The notes: a model not told the origin generated them from the sequence alone. Shown: positions 44,118 to 52,066, counted from the stretch's first letter. The stretch is DNA of 64,000 bases from Candidatus Micrarchaeia archaeon (GCA_041500865.1 JBGQMY010000004.1:860-64859), one strand, 5' to 3'. Numbers and translations: made by a program.

Positions 44118-45542
44118 ATGATACAAGAGATATTTGAGTTCCTGGGAGGGCTTGCCAAATACCTTCCGGAAGTTGACGTGCCGAAGAGGCAGCTGACAGC
44201 AAAGGAGAAGCTTTTCTGGCTTGGGGCAGTAGTCGTGGTCTATTTCATACTATACCACCTGACAGTTTTTGGCCTGAGGACGGGCGGCGCAGGGACCGAC
44301 TTCATCCAGGTCGTTACAGCGTCAAAGACCGGAAGCTTCCTCACGCTCGGAATCGGCCCCATAGTCATGGCAAGCCTGTTCCTCCAGCTTTTCGTGGGAG
44401 CCGGGCTGCTCAATTTAAGTTTGCAGGACCCTGCGCAGAAGAGGAAATTCCACCAGATGCAGGTCGTCCTTGCCATAATAGTGGCAATACTTGAAGGTTA
44501 CGCATTCGGCACCAATTTGATAAACAACGGGATGTCAGACCCTGTCATGATAGGGAAGATGGGAGGGGCGGCTGCGGTTGGGGGCTTCCTGCTCCATCTG
44601 GTGGCGTTGCAGTTCGTGCTCGGCGCCGTATTCGTCATATACATGGACGAAATAGTGCAGAAATGGGGCATAGGCTCGGGCATCAGCATGTTCATAGCCG
44701 CAGGCGTCAGCGCCACAGTCGTCAACCAGGCAATCTCAATACTGTTTCTCGGCTCCAACAGCGTGCTTGCCAAGTTCGCCGAGGGCGGGGCTAACGCAAT
44801 AAGCCAGTCCATCGTGGCCATAATACCCATTTTCTCGACCATACTGATATTTTACCTTGCCATATACGGCTCGCTGCTGAAAGTCAAGATACCGATATCG
44901 TTTGCGGCGCTCAGGGCGTCCGGAAGGCCGCTGGAGCTGCCCCTTTTCTACGTTTCCAACATACCGGTCATATTCGCCGCCGCGCTGTTCATGAACGTGT
45001 CCTTTGTGCATACCGCCGTAATAGGCGCCATCACCCCTGACAACCAGGCCTGGATGGGCCCGCTTTCGGACGTTGTCTACATGCTGACGCCGTTCTACGT
45101 TGGCATAGACATGAACACCTATTTCAGCCAGCTCATGCAGCCCACGCAGTATCTCGGAATCCCGGGATGGGGCCATGCCCTTATATATGTGACGACACTT
45201 TCGATAGTCGCAGTTTTTTTCGGCCTGTTCTGGATAGAGATGGCGAAGATGGACGCAAAGAGCATAGCCGCCCAGCTCGGCCAGTATGGGGCCAACATAC
45301 CCGGCTTCAGGCAGGACAGGAGGTTCCTTGAGGAGAAGCTTAACGAGTATATCACGCCGCTCACGATAGCCGGCTCGTTTGCAGTAGGCTTGCTTGCGGG
45401 GATTGCGGACCTCACTGGCGCGCTGGGAACCGGAACCGGAATCCTGCTTACCGTGATGATACTTTACCAGTTCACAAGGCAGTCGTCTGAAGTCATACAG
45501 ACGTACTTCCCCAATTTCTCAAGAATCGTGCTGGGTGAATGA
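44118..45542 (+). CDS. secY: preprotein translocase SecY
   Basis: 474 aa with 10 TM helices. It follows rpl15 and is preceded by a GAGGTG SD. Confidence 0.95.
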   Translation: MIQEIFEFLGGLAKYLPEVDVPKRQLTAKEKLFWLGAVVVVYFILYHLTVFGLRTGGAGTDFIQVVTASKTGSFLTLGIGPIVMASLFLQLFVGAGLLNLSLQDPAQKRKFHQMQVVLAIIVAILEGYAFGTNLINNGMSDPVMIGKMGGAAAVGGFLLHLVALQFVLGAVFVIYMDEIVQKWGIGSGISMFIAAGVSATVVNQAISILFLGSNSVLAKFAEGGANAISQSIVAIIPIFSTILIFYLAIYGSLLKVKIPISFAALRASGRPLELPLFYVSNIPVIFAAALFMNVSFVHTAVIGAITPDNQAWMGPLSDVVYMLTPFYVGIDMNTYFSQLMQPTQYLGIPGWGHALIYVTTLSIVAVFFGLFWIEMAKMDAKSIAAQLGQYGANIPGFRQDRRFLEEKLNEYITPLTIAGSFAVGLLAGIADLTGALGTGTGILLTVMILYQFTRQSSEVIQTYFPNFSRIVLGE

Positions 45543-45545
45543 AAG

Positions 45546-46109
45546 ATGTATGTCATAATGGGGTTGCCTGGCGCAGGCAAGACAACGGTCATAACGAGCC
45601 TCAGGAAGCTCATGCCCAAGCTGAACGTAGTCAACTTTGGCGACGTAGCGCTTGAGGCCGGCAAGAGGCTCTATAAGATAGAGAGCAGGGACGAGATGAG
45701 GAAGAAGCTCAGCATTGAGCAGCAGCAGAAGCTCCAGGAAGAGGCCATAGCGGTCCTTTCCAGGATGACTGACCGCAATGTATTGCTTGACACGCATTGC
45801 GCGGTGAAGACGGCTACAGGCTACCTTCCGGGGCTGCCGTTCTGGATGCTCCAGAAGCTGAAGATAAATGGCTTCATACTGGTGTCCGCAAAGCCGGAGG
45901 AGATATTCAGCAGGAGGAAGAACGACCCTGCAAGGCCCGGACGCGATGCGGAAAGCCTGGACGAGATGAAGATGCACGACGCAATAAGCCGCGGCATGCT
46001 TGCGACGTATGCGGTGCTTGCCGGGGCGCCTGCCATGATAGTGGAGAACTCGGAAGGCAAGGTTGAGGATGCCGCGAAAAAGGTAGAATCGATGCTAAGA
46101 GGAAGATGA
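45546..46109 (+). CDS. adkA: adenylate kinase, archaeal type
   Basis: It has the P-loop MGLPGAGKTT, NFGDV, DTHCAVKT and GYLPGLP, and sits after secY. Confidence 0.9.
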   Translation: MYVIMGLPGAGKTTVITSLRKLMPKLNVVNFGDVALEAGKRLYKIESRDEMRKKLSIEQQQKLQEEAIAVLSRMTDRNVLLDTHCAVKTATGYLPGLPFWMLQKLKINGFILVSAKPEEIFSRRKNDPARPGRDAESLDEMKMHDAISRGMLATYAVLAGAPAMIVENSEGKVEDAAKKVESMLRGR

Positions 46110-46885
46110 TGGACTTCATCTATGCCATAGTTGCCTTTTCCTTTGTTTACCTAGTGCTGCTTAGGGCCGTGATGCTGAAGCTGGGCCTGAAGGAGTCAAA
46201 CAAGCTCAGGGAGCGGCTGAGCGCGCTTGACAAGCAGTTTTTTGAGGCGTCCAAGAAGGGCAACGCGAAGGAGATGGAAAAGCTCAACGCCGAGAAGATA
46301 CCCATCTCCATGCAGATCATGAACATGCAGCTGAAGATGATGCTGCCCATGCTGATACTCTTCTTTGTCATGGTGATGGTGCTGAATGCGATGAACCCGC
46401 AGACCGGCGACGACGTTTCCATAAAGAACGTTTCATCCGTCAACCAGACTTTCGCACTGTCCAACCCGTCCATGGAGGCGTTCAGGATAGCTGGCAAGGA
46501 CACGTCCAACACGTCCTTCACAGGCTACATATACATAAGCAAGGAAAGGGGCATCTACACCAACTTAACGCCTGGCTACACCATTTATCCCATAATAAAG
46601 GGCTCGGGCAACTACGACGTCTATCCAATTGAGCAGAACGGCGCAATATCCCTGAAAGCGGAAAACATTACGCAGTTTGACTCCGTGGAATTCGATTCAG
46701 GCACGGAATCCAGCGTTTTCGTCCCGCTTGACATAATAGGGATACGGTTTGTATACGGTGCGCAGGGCCTGTTCATCTTCTTTGGCTTCCTGCTTGGCAT
46801 AATCGAGCAGGTGTTCATGGGCAAGGCGCTCAACAACGCCATAGAGAAGGCGATGGAAAGGCTTGAAGGGAAGAAAAGCAATTGA
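46106..46885 (+). CDS. DUF106/EMC3-TMCO1-like membrane insertase homologue with a loop insertion of about 120 aa
   Basis: It has TM1, a coiled helix (KLRERLSALDKQFFEASKKGNAKEMEKLNAEK) and TM2, which is typical of archaeal DUF106 proteins after adk. A beta-rich insert with 5 N-x-S/T sequons then precedes the last TM. Confidence 0.7.
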   Translation: MMDFIYAIVAFSFVYLVLLRAVMLKLGLKESNKLRERLSALDKQFFEASKKGNAKEMEKLNAEKIPISMQIMNMQLKMMLPMLILFFVMVMVLNAMNPQTGDDVSIKNVSSVNQTFALSNPSMEAFRIAGKDTSNTSFTGYIYISKERGIYTNLTPGYTIYPIIKGSGNYDVYPIEQNGAISLKAENITQFDSVEFDSGTESSVFVPLDIIGIRFVYGAQGLFIFFGFLLGIIEQVFMGKALNNAIEKAMERLEGKKSN

Positions 46886-46893
46886 GTTTGGTT

Positions 46894-46951
46894 GCGGATC
46901 AGAGTCAAGTCATCTCATCATCAGTCAGGATTTCACCTCTCATCATCCCGC
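46894..46951 (-). ncRNA. box C/D sRNA (2'-O-methylation guide), 58 nt
   Basis: The minus strand reads GCGGG-ATGATGA(C)-GAGGTGAAATC-CTGA(D')-CTG-ATGATGA(C')-GATGACTTGACT-CTGA(D)-TCCGC. The guides are 11 and 12 nt, the terminal stem is GCGG/CCGC, and a TTTAAAAA box (46977-46984) lies about 26-33 nt upstream. Confidence 0.8.
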
Positions 46952-47042
46952 AATAATTGCCATATGCTGAGCCCTGTTTTTAAATTAAAGCCTGCTGCGC
47001 GGAAAACGCGCGCGGTTTCCCATTTTGGCTTTTTCTAAAACA

Positions 47043-47079
47043 TTTTTGAAAAATTTTTGCAAAAAGAATTTTTGAAAAT
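47043..47079. repeat. three phased TTTTTG(A/C)AAAA motifs, including the perfect palindrome TTTTTGCAAAAA (47054-47065)
   Basis: Read directly from the sequence. The motifs start at 47043, 47054 and 47069, in a divergent intergenic region. Confidence 0.6.
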
Positions 47080-47129
47080 CCGCAAATAACTTTTTAAACT
47101 TAACTCTTATAAAAAATAATTGCATAGAA

Positions 47130-47510
47130 ATGTTGGAAAGCAAGAAATTGGTTGTGGCGCCGGTTCCAGGAAGGAAATTATCGTCGTCAAAAACCCCCAA
47201 CTCGAAAATTCTGTGCAGCTTTTCGCTTTTCAAAAACCTATTGGAAAAAAATGGCGCGAAAAAGGCGATTGCTGAAAAAGGAAACATTTCCTCTATACAA
47301 AAAAGGATTCTTAGGCCCTCATACCTGAACTCTGACAGGAGAAAATTGGCCAGCGGCCATTTCATGCTTGCTTCTGAAACAAGGATGCGTAAATCCGAAT
47401 CTGTATCCGTAAACCCTAAGAAAAAGGAAGACGTAAACGTTTTTGTTGATTTTGACGATTTTGAAGAGCCAGAAGTTTACAGATGGAAAAGGCCATTATT
47501 GGACGACTAA
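47130..47510 (+). CDS. hypothetical protein (126 aa), weakly supported
   Basis: It is an AT-rich ORF behind TATA-like CTTATAAAAAA. No motif was recognised. The overlapping minus-strand ORF 46985-47365 looks less likely. Confidence 0.35.
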   Translation: MLESKKLVVAPVPGRKLSSSKTPNSKILCSFSLFKNLLEKNGAKKAIAEKGNISSIQKRILRPSYLNSDRRKLASGHFMLASETRMRKSESVSVNPKKKEDVNVFVDFDDFEEPEVYRWKRPLLDD

Positions 47511-47520
47511 CAAGATTGAA

Positions 47521-47760
47521 TCAAGCCTCAACGATATCCTTAAAATGCGTTAATGCGACATTTGGCCTGAGGCTTCGCCCTTTCGGGCCGGTTATGCGCT
47601 TTGCAAAAAGGAGGTAGCCGTTTCCGTTGAGCCTGTATGCATATATGTCGGAGTTGGCCGGCGTTACGTCCAGTATCTTGGCAGGCCTTGCAAGAACCCT
47701 GAGCTTTACGCTCCTGTCGCCGGAATAGTAAACGAATTCCTGCAATGGCGCTCTTTTCAT
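47521..47760 (-). CDS. hypothetical small protein (79 aa)
   Basis: The ORF has normal composition. No motif was recognised. Confidence 0.45.
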   Translation of the reverse strand: MKRAPLQEFVYYSGDRSVKLRVLARPAKILDVTPANSDIYAYRLNGNGYLLFAKRITGPKGRSLRPNVALTHFKDIVEA

Positions 47761-47857
47761 AGGTGTCTTTTACTGTGCAAACCTGTTTTTAAACGTATTC
47801 GTAAGTCCCGAAACGGCCATAACAAGGAATTAAAACCTTCCTTCCCCAATCAAAGCC

Positions 47858-48130
47858 ATGGCAAAGGTTTACGTCGTTAATGATGACAAGTGGATTGAGG
47901 TTGCGGACGGCACGAAGCTTATTGCGCTCCAGAACCAGAGTAGCATACTCTTCGCCTGCGGCGAGGGCGTGTGCGGCAGCTGCCTTGCGACCATAAAGGA
48001 AGGGGGAGGCAACCTTGCGCCGCCCACAGACTACGAGAAGCAGATGCTCCAGAACTTCGGCGCCAAGCCCGGCCAGAGGCTGCTTTGCCAAGCGGTTATA
48101 AACGGCGGCGAGGCCAAGATAGAGCAATAG
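47858..48130 (+). CDS. 2Fe-2S ferredoxin (plant-type fold)
   Basis: It has the Cys pattern C-x4-C-x2-C...C (FACGEGVCGSC...RLLCQA) in 90 aa. Confidence 0.75.
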   Translation: MAKVYVVNDDKWIEVADGTKLIALQNQSSILFACGEGVCGSCLATIKEGGGNLAPPTDYEKQMLQNFGAKPGQRLLCQAVINGGEAKIEQ

Positions 48131-48131
48131 G

Positions 48132-48959
48132 CTATCCCTTTTTTACCCTCGCTATGAAGAACCCCTCGCTGTTGAGGTCTTTTGGGGATATTCTCCACGT
48201 TTTCCTGAATTCGTTGCCAAATTCAGCCAATCCGGAGCTGTGCGGCAGCTCAAGGCCGATGGTTTCAAGCTTCGCGTTTTCAAACTTCTCTAAAAGGTAC
48301 CTAATAACGCCCTCGTTTTCCTTATCCGTTATCGTGCATGTTGAATAAACAAGCGTTCCGCCTGGCTTCAGGGCCTTGAAAGCCGAAGAAATCATCTTTT
48401 TCTGCACGTCTGGCATGACTATGAGGCTTTTGCTGTTTATCCTTTCCCAGGCATAGGGATGGGAGCCCAGCGCCGTGCAGGGCGCATCCAACAGCACCTT
48501 GTTAAACATGTTTTCCATGCCAAGGTTTTTGCCGTCTAAGGATATGACTACGGAATTTAACGCGCCAAGCCTCGCTACATTGGACATTAAGGCATCAAGC
48601 CTTTCCTCCTGGTCGTTGGCAACTGCAGCCCCCCTATTCTCCATTAACATTGCAATTTCAGTGAATTTGCTTCCGGGGGATGCCGCAACGTCCAGTATAA
48701 TATCTTTTTCGCCAAAAGAACCAAAAACAAGCGGAACCACTGATGATGAAAGGCTCTGCGGATGGATCCATCCGCACTTGTAGTCCAGCGTCTTTCCGGG
48801 ATTGCCCTCAACGACGCTGAACATGAACGGAACTGGGGTCTTCTCAAGGACAAGGCCTGATTTTGCAAGATACTCGTTTATGGGCATCTTGAGCGTGTTT
48901 ACCCTTATGAAACTCTTCGCAGCCTTGAGCTGCGCGATGTATTCGTTGTCCTTTTCCAT
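48132..48959 (-). CDS. NOL1/NOP2/Sun-family RNA cytosine-C5 methyltransferase
   Basis: It has the SAM site ILDVAASPGSKFT and the catalytic Cys motifs VLLDAPCTALG and LVYSTCT. Confidence 0.85.
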   Translation of the reverse strand: MEKDNEYIAQLKAAKSFIRVNTLKMPINEYLAKSGLVLEKTPVPFMFSVVEGNPGKTLDYKCGWIHPQSLSSSVVPLVFGSFGEKDIILDVAASPGSKFTEIAMLMENRGAAVANDQEERLDALMSNVARLGALNSVVISLDGKNLGMENMFNKVLLDAPCTALGSHPYAWERINSKSLIVMPDVQKKMISSAFKALKPGGTLVYSTCTITDKENEGVIRYLLEKFENAKLETIGLELPHSSGLAEFGNEFRKTWRISPKDLNSEGFFIARVKKG

Positions 48960-49012
48960 TTGGATGATTGTTCTGCGGGAGATATTTAAATGCTATCTCC
49001 ATATCAACAACC

Positions 49013-49783
49013 ATGGCTGCGCTCAGGCTGGTTTCCTGGAACGTCAACGGCATAAGGTCCTGCTGGAAAAAGGGATTCCTGGACATATTCAAGGCCAAAA
49101 AGCCCGACGTCGTTTGCATCCAGGAAGTCAAGGCCTCCAAGGAGGACATGCCAAAGGAATTGGCTTACGTTCCCGGCTATTCGCTTTACCATTTTCCTGC
49201 CAAAAGGAAGGGCTATGCAGGCACCGCAGTCTATTCAAGGATTAAGCCGCTTGCAGTCGTTTACGGCATCGGCGAAAAGAGGTTTGACGACGAAGGAAGG
49301 GCCATAACGCTTGAGTTTGACAAATTCTGCCTTGTGAACGCCTATTTTCCAAACTCCCAGCACGGCCTTGGGCGGCTGGATTTCAAGCTGGAATACAACC
49401 GGCTCATCCTTGCTTATATCAAGGGGCTGGAAAGGTCAAAGCCGGTTGTCGTCTGCGGCGACTTCAATGTTGCGCACAGGGGGATAGACCTTGCCAATCC
49501 CAAGCAAAATGAAAAGAACGCAGGGTTCACGATTCAGGAAAGGGATTGGTTCGCTGATTTTCTTTCCAAAGGGTTTGTTGACACGTTCAGGATGTTTGAA
49601 TCCGGAGCCGGGCATTACACCTGGTGGGGATACAGGTTCAACCTTCGCGCACGGAACATTGGGTGGCGCGTGGATTATTTTGCTGTTTCGGAATCGCTCA
49701 GGAAAAAAATAAAATCAAGCAGGATTTTGAAAGATGTTTTGGGCTCGGACCATGCCCCAATCGTGCTTGAGATTAACATTTAA
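49013..49783 (+). CDS. xth: exodeoxyribonuclease III / AP endonuclease
   Basis: It has LRLVSWNVNGIR, VVCIQEVK, VVCGDFNVAH, WWGYR and SDHAPIVLEI. It is leaderless, with the ATG about 26 nt after ATATTTAAAT. Confidence 0.9.
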   Translation: MAALRLVSWNVNGIRSCWKKGFLDIFKAKKPDVVCIQEVKASKEDMPKELAYVPGYSLYHFPAKRKGYAGTAVYSRIKPLAVVYGIGEKRFDDEGRAITLEFDKFCLVNAYFPNSQHGLGRLDFKLEYNRLILAYIKGLERSKPVVVCGDFNVAHRGIDLANPKQNEKNAGFTIQERDWFADFLSKGFVDTFRMFESGAGHYTWWGYRFNLRARNIGWRVDYFAVSESLRKKIKSSRILKDVLGSDHAPIVLEINI

Positions 49784-49790
49784 AACTATG

Positions 49791-49935
49791 TTATAATTTC
49801 TAATACTATATTATTATAATGGCATTTATACCAAAACAGGGCCTTGGGCATACCAAACCAGGCCATTTTACGCGGTTCACAAAGCCAGAAATTCTGGTTG
49901 ATCTGTCTATTATAAGAGTATGTTAGAAATTATAA
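49791..49935. repeat. 13-bp perfect inverted repeat TTATAATTTCTAA / TTAGAAATTATAA bracketing 119 nt
   Basis: The arms are at 49791-49803 and 49923-49935. Each is preceded by TATG. The repeat lies in an AT-rich convergent spacer. Confidence 0.7.
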
Positions 49936-50287
49936 TAATCTATTATAAGTATTACTTTAGCTATTTCGCATGCTGGAACCTAGCCCCCAGAAGCAAAAAG
50001 GTGCCCCTTTTTTAGGATGTTTTATTATAATAGTCTTTTAGAAAAGATAAGATGTTATTATATCTGAGAACTCGTTTACTAATATGGTATAGCAAAAAAC
50101 CGCGCTGTTTATGTCTGTTTACTTATATGCGAAACAAACAAGGAACGCCAAAACCGCGTTCAGGGAATTGGGTTTACCATTATGATATTGTTGTGCAACC
50201 CTGGAACTTGGAACCCCCCTGATTTGCCAAAAGTGCCTGAAAGGATGGTTTTGGCCTTGTTAAGGTTACTGAGGTGGGGTATTCTTC

Positions 50288-50566
50288 TTAATCCAACCAG
50301 TTGTATCCCTTACCTCTATGAATTATTTTTGTTATCCTTACTTCCTGATTTATTATTGAATAAACTATTCTGTAATCGCCAACTCTTAGTCTGTATAGTG
50401 CCGGATTGGCTGATCCTTCCAGCTTTTTTATATCCGCGCCGCTCCGTTTTCTGAACGGATTTTCCTTAAGGGCATCGAATGATTTTTTGACTCTATTCTT
50501 GGTTTCTTCGTCAAGTGAATATAGTTCATCCCTGGCGGATTCAGAGATTAATACGTTGAATGGCAT
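50288..50566 (-). CDS. RelE/ParE-family type II toxin
   Basis: It has MPFNVLISESARDELYSLDEETKNRVKKSFDALKENPF...KKL.G....YRLRVGDYRIVYSI..QEVRITKIIHR. The alternative is a TTG start at 50578, which overlaps the antitoxin by 4 nt. Confidence 0.75.
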   Translation of the reverse strand: MPFNVLISESARDELYSLDEETKNRVKKSFDALKENPFRKRSGADIKKLEGSANPALYRLRVGDYRIVYSIINQEVRITKIIHRGKGYNWLD

Positions 50567-50574
50567 TGTATCAC

Positions 50575-50757
50575 TCAAATATCGTCAACATTGTAGAACT
50601 TTTCGTTTTTGAGTATGAATGCCTGCTCATCATAGAACAATTGTCTTTTTGCAAGTTCCATCAACTTGTTTAATATTTTGTCATATGTTTCGTCTTTCCT
50701 GCCATACATCTTAAGCATTTCGCGGGTTTCTTCGGATATTGATATTGTAGTAGCCAT
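50575..50757 (-). CDS. antitoxin (same family as 6504-6728)
   Basis: It begins MATTISISEETREMLKMYGRKDETYDKILNKLMEL. Start moved to the MATT ATG at 50757. Confidence 0.6.
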   Translation of the reverse strand: MATTISISEETREMLKMYGRKDETYDKILNKLMELAKRQLFYDEQAFILKNEKFYNVDDI

Positions 50758-50862
50758 ATAATCACACATAATGGTTATATACAATTATATTTTTAAACTT
50801 ATCCATAATGCCTGCTCTTGTATTGATATCCATATTTAAACCCTTTTTCTGCCAACTATATC

Positions 50863-51489
50863 ATGACGCGTTTGTTTATCATCAGGCACGCCGAACGCCA
50901 TAAGATAAAAACCCAGGCAGACGTGCCAAAGGTGCTGCTGACTAAAAAAGGGAAAGCCCATGCCAAACAGCTCGGAGTGCTGATGAGGATGAAACTCAAC
51001 TCTGATAAGATAAGCATAGTCACAAGCAGGTATGAAAGATGCTTCCAGACAGGCACATCTTTCTCATGGGGGTACGGCCTAATCAATGTTTCAATGCTAC
51101 AAAAGGACCCGAATGACTTTCTGCACCGCGTTTTCAGGTACGGACTGCGACTGGAAAGGCGGCGTGCATACAACCATATCTTCAAGCATGAAATATATGG
51201 AGATACGATGAGGCTTTGGAAAAGAGGGCATTACAAAAATATCCTTGTGAACCCGCAATGGCTCTTCAGCGCCATGCTGCAGTTGGCCGAGCTGTCAATG
51301 ACCGACACGATGTTCATCTTCGCCCACGACATAAGCGTGTCCGCAGTCGGCATATGCAATGGCATAACCGAGCTTTACTCAAAAAAGCCGGGCTTCCTGC
51401 ATGGAGTGTATACAAATGACCACAAGAAGGGAGAATGGAAACCTTTTGTTCCTAGCGAGAATATGAACTTACTACCAAAAATAGATTAG
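50863..51489 (+). CDS. histidine phosphatase superfamily protein (tentative)
   Basis: It has an N-terminal LFIIRHAERH (RHG-type motif) and a later FAHD. No other motifs were checked. Confidence 0.5.
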   Translation: MTRLFIIRHAERHKIKTQADVPKVLLTKKGKAHAKQLGVLMRMKLNSDKISIVTSRYERCFQTGTSFSWGYGLINVSMLQKDPNDFLHRVFRYGLRLERRRAYNHIFKHEIYGDTMRLWKRGHYKNILVNPQWLFSAMLQLAELSMTDTMFIFAHDISVSAVGICNGITELYSKKPGFLHGVYTNDHKKGEWKPFVPSENMNLLPKID

Positions 51490-51503
51490 AAATAAAAAAA
51501 TAA

Positions 51504-51983
51504 TCAGACTTTTATCCTAAGCAGCAGTATCGCCAGCACGATTATGGCCAGGATTGCGCCAACTACCATCCACAGCCCCCCAAGGCTGAAGCTCGGTGTG
51601 GAATTGTTTGGTGTAGCCTGCGCGGGCTGGCTGCCGGTTGTATGGGTTGCCTGCGTGCTGCCGCTGGCATTCGCCTTGGGCGAGGTTGCGTTCTGCGCTG
51701 GCGCCGAATTGTTCGCGACAGAAACCGTAGTTGTCTGCCCGCCGGCTATGTGCGGCTGGATTCCTGCGCGGCAGTTGCTCTGGCATGACAGGCAGGCGCT
51801 TGTGTTGTCCTGCGGGCCATGGCAGAACCCGCCGTCCGAGTCCCACTGGCCGTTGCCGCATGCGTTGGTGCAGCAGTCCTTGAGGCAGGTCATTGGGGTC
51901 GAGCCCGTGACGTGCATTACCGAGAATCCCAGGCCTGCAAGGCCCAGAACCAGCATAAACATCAGTATCTTCATTGTTGGCAC
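51504..51983 (-). CDS. Cys-rich surface protein with a signal peptide, an S/T/N/Q/A linker and a C-terminal TM anchor
   Basis: The signal is MKILMFMLVLGLAGLGF. The module carrying the 10 mature-region Cys (11 Cys in total) reads CLKDCCTNACGNG...CLSCQSNC. The C-terminus is GGLWMVVGAILAIIVLAILLLRIKV. Confidence 0.65.
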   Translation of the reverse strand: MPTMKILMFMLVLGLAGLGFSVMHVTGSTPMTCLKDCCTNACGNGQWDSDGGFCHGPQDNTSACLSCQSNCRAGIQPHIAGGQTTTVSVANNSAPAQNATSPKANASGSTQATHTTGSQPAQATPNNSTPSFSLGGLWMVVGAILAIIVLAILLLRIKV

Positions 51984-52066
51984 CTAATGTAATATGCGTG
52001 AAACCGTTTAAAAGTCCATTGGAAGGATTACATACCTTTTTAAACGCTTAATCACACAATAGACGC

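Noticed and set aside
46917-46939. The D' guide of the C/D sRNA (GAGGUGAAAUC) begins with the local SD consensus GAGGUGA, which suggested pairing with the 16S anti-SD tail.
   Set aside because: Only about 7 nt would pair with a canonical ...GAUCACCUCC 3' end. The nucleotide positioned for methylation would fall in the non-matching part. The idea cannot be tested without the rRNA sequence, so I treat it as coincidence for now.
46985-47365. A 126-aa minus-strand ORF overlapping the 47130-47510 plus-strand ORF.
   Set aside because: Its 3' part runs through the A/T-tract palindrome region and the sRNA promoter. No start context was found. I kept the plus-strand ORF only at low confidence, and possibly neither is real.
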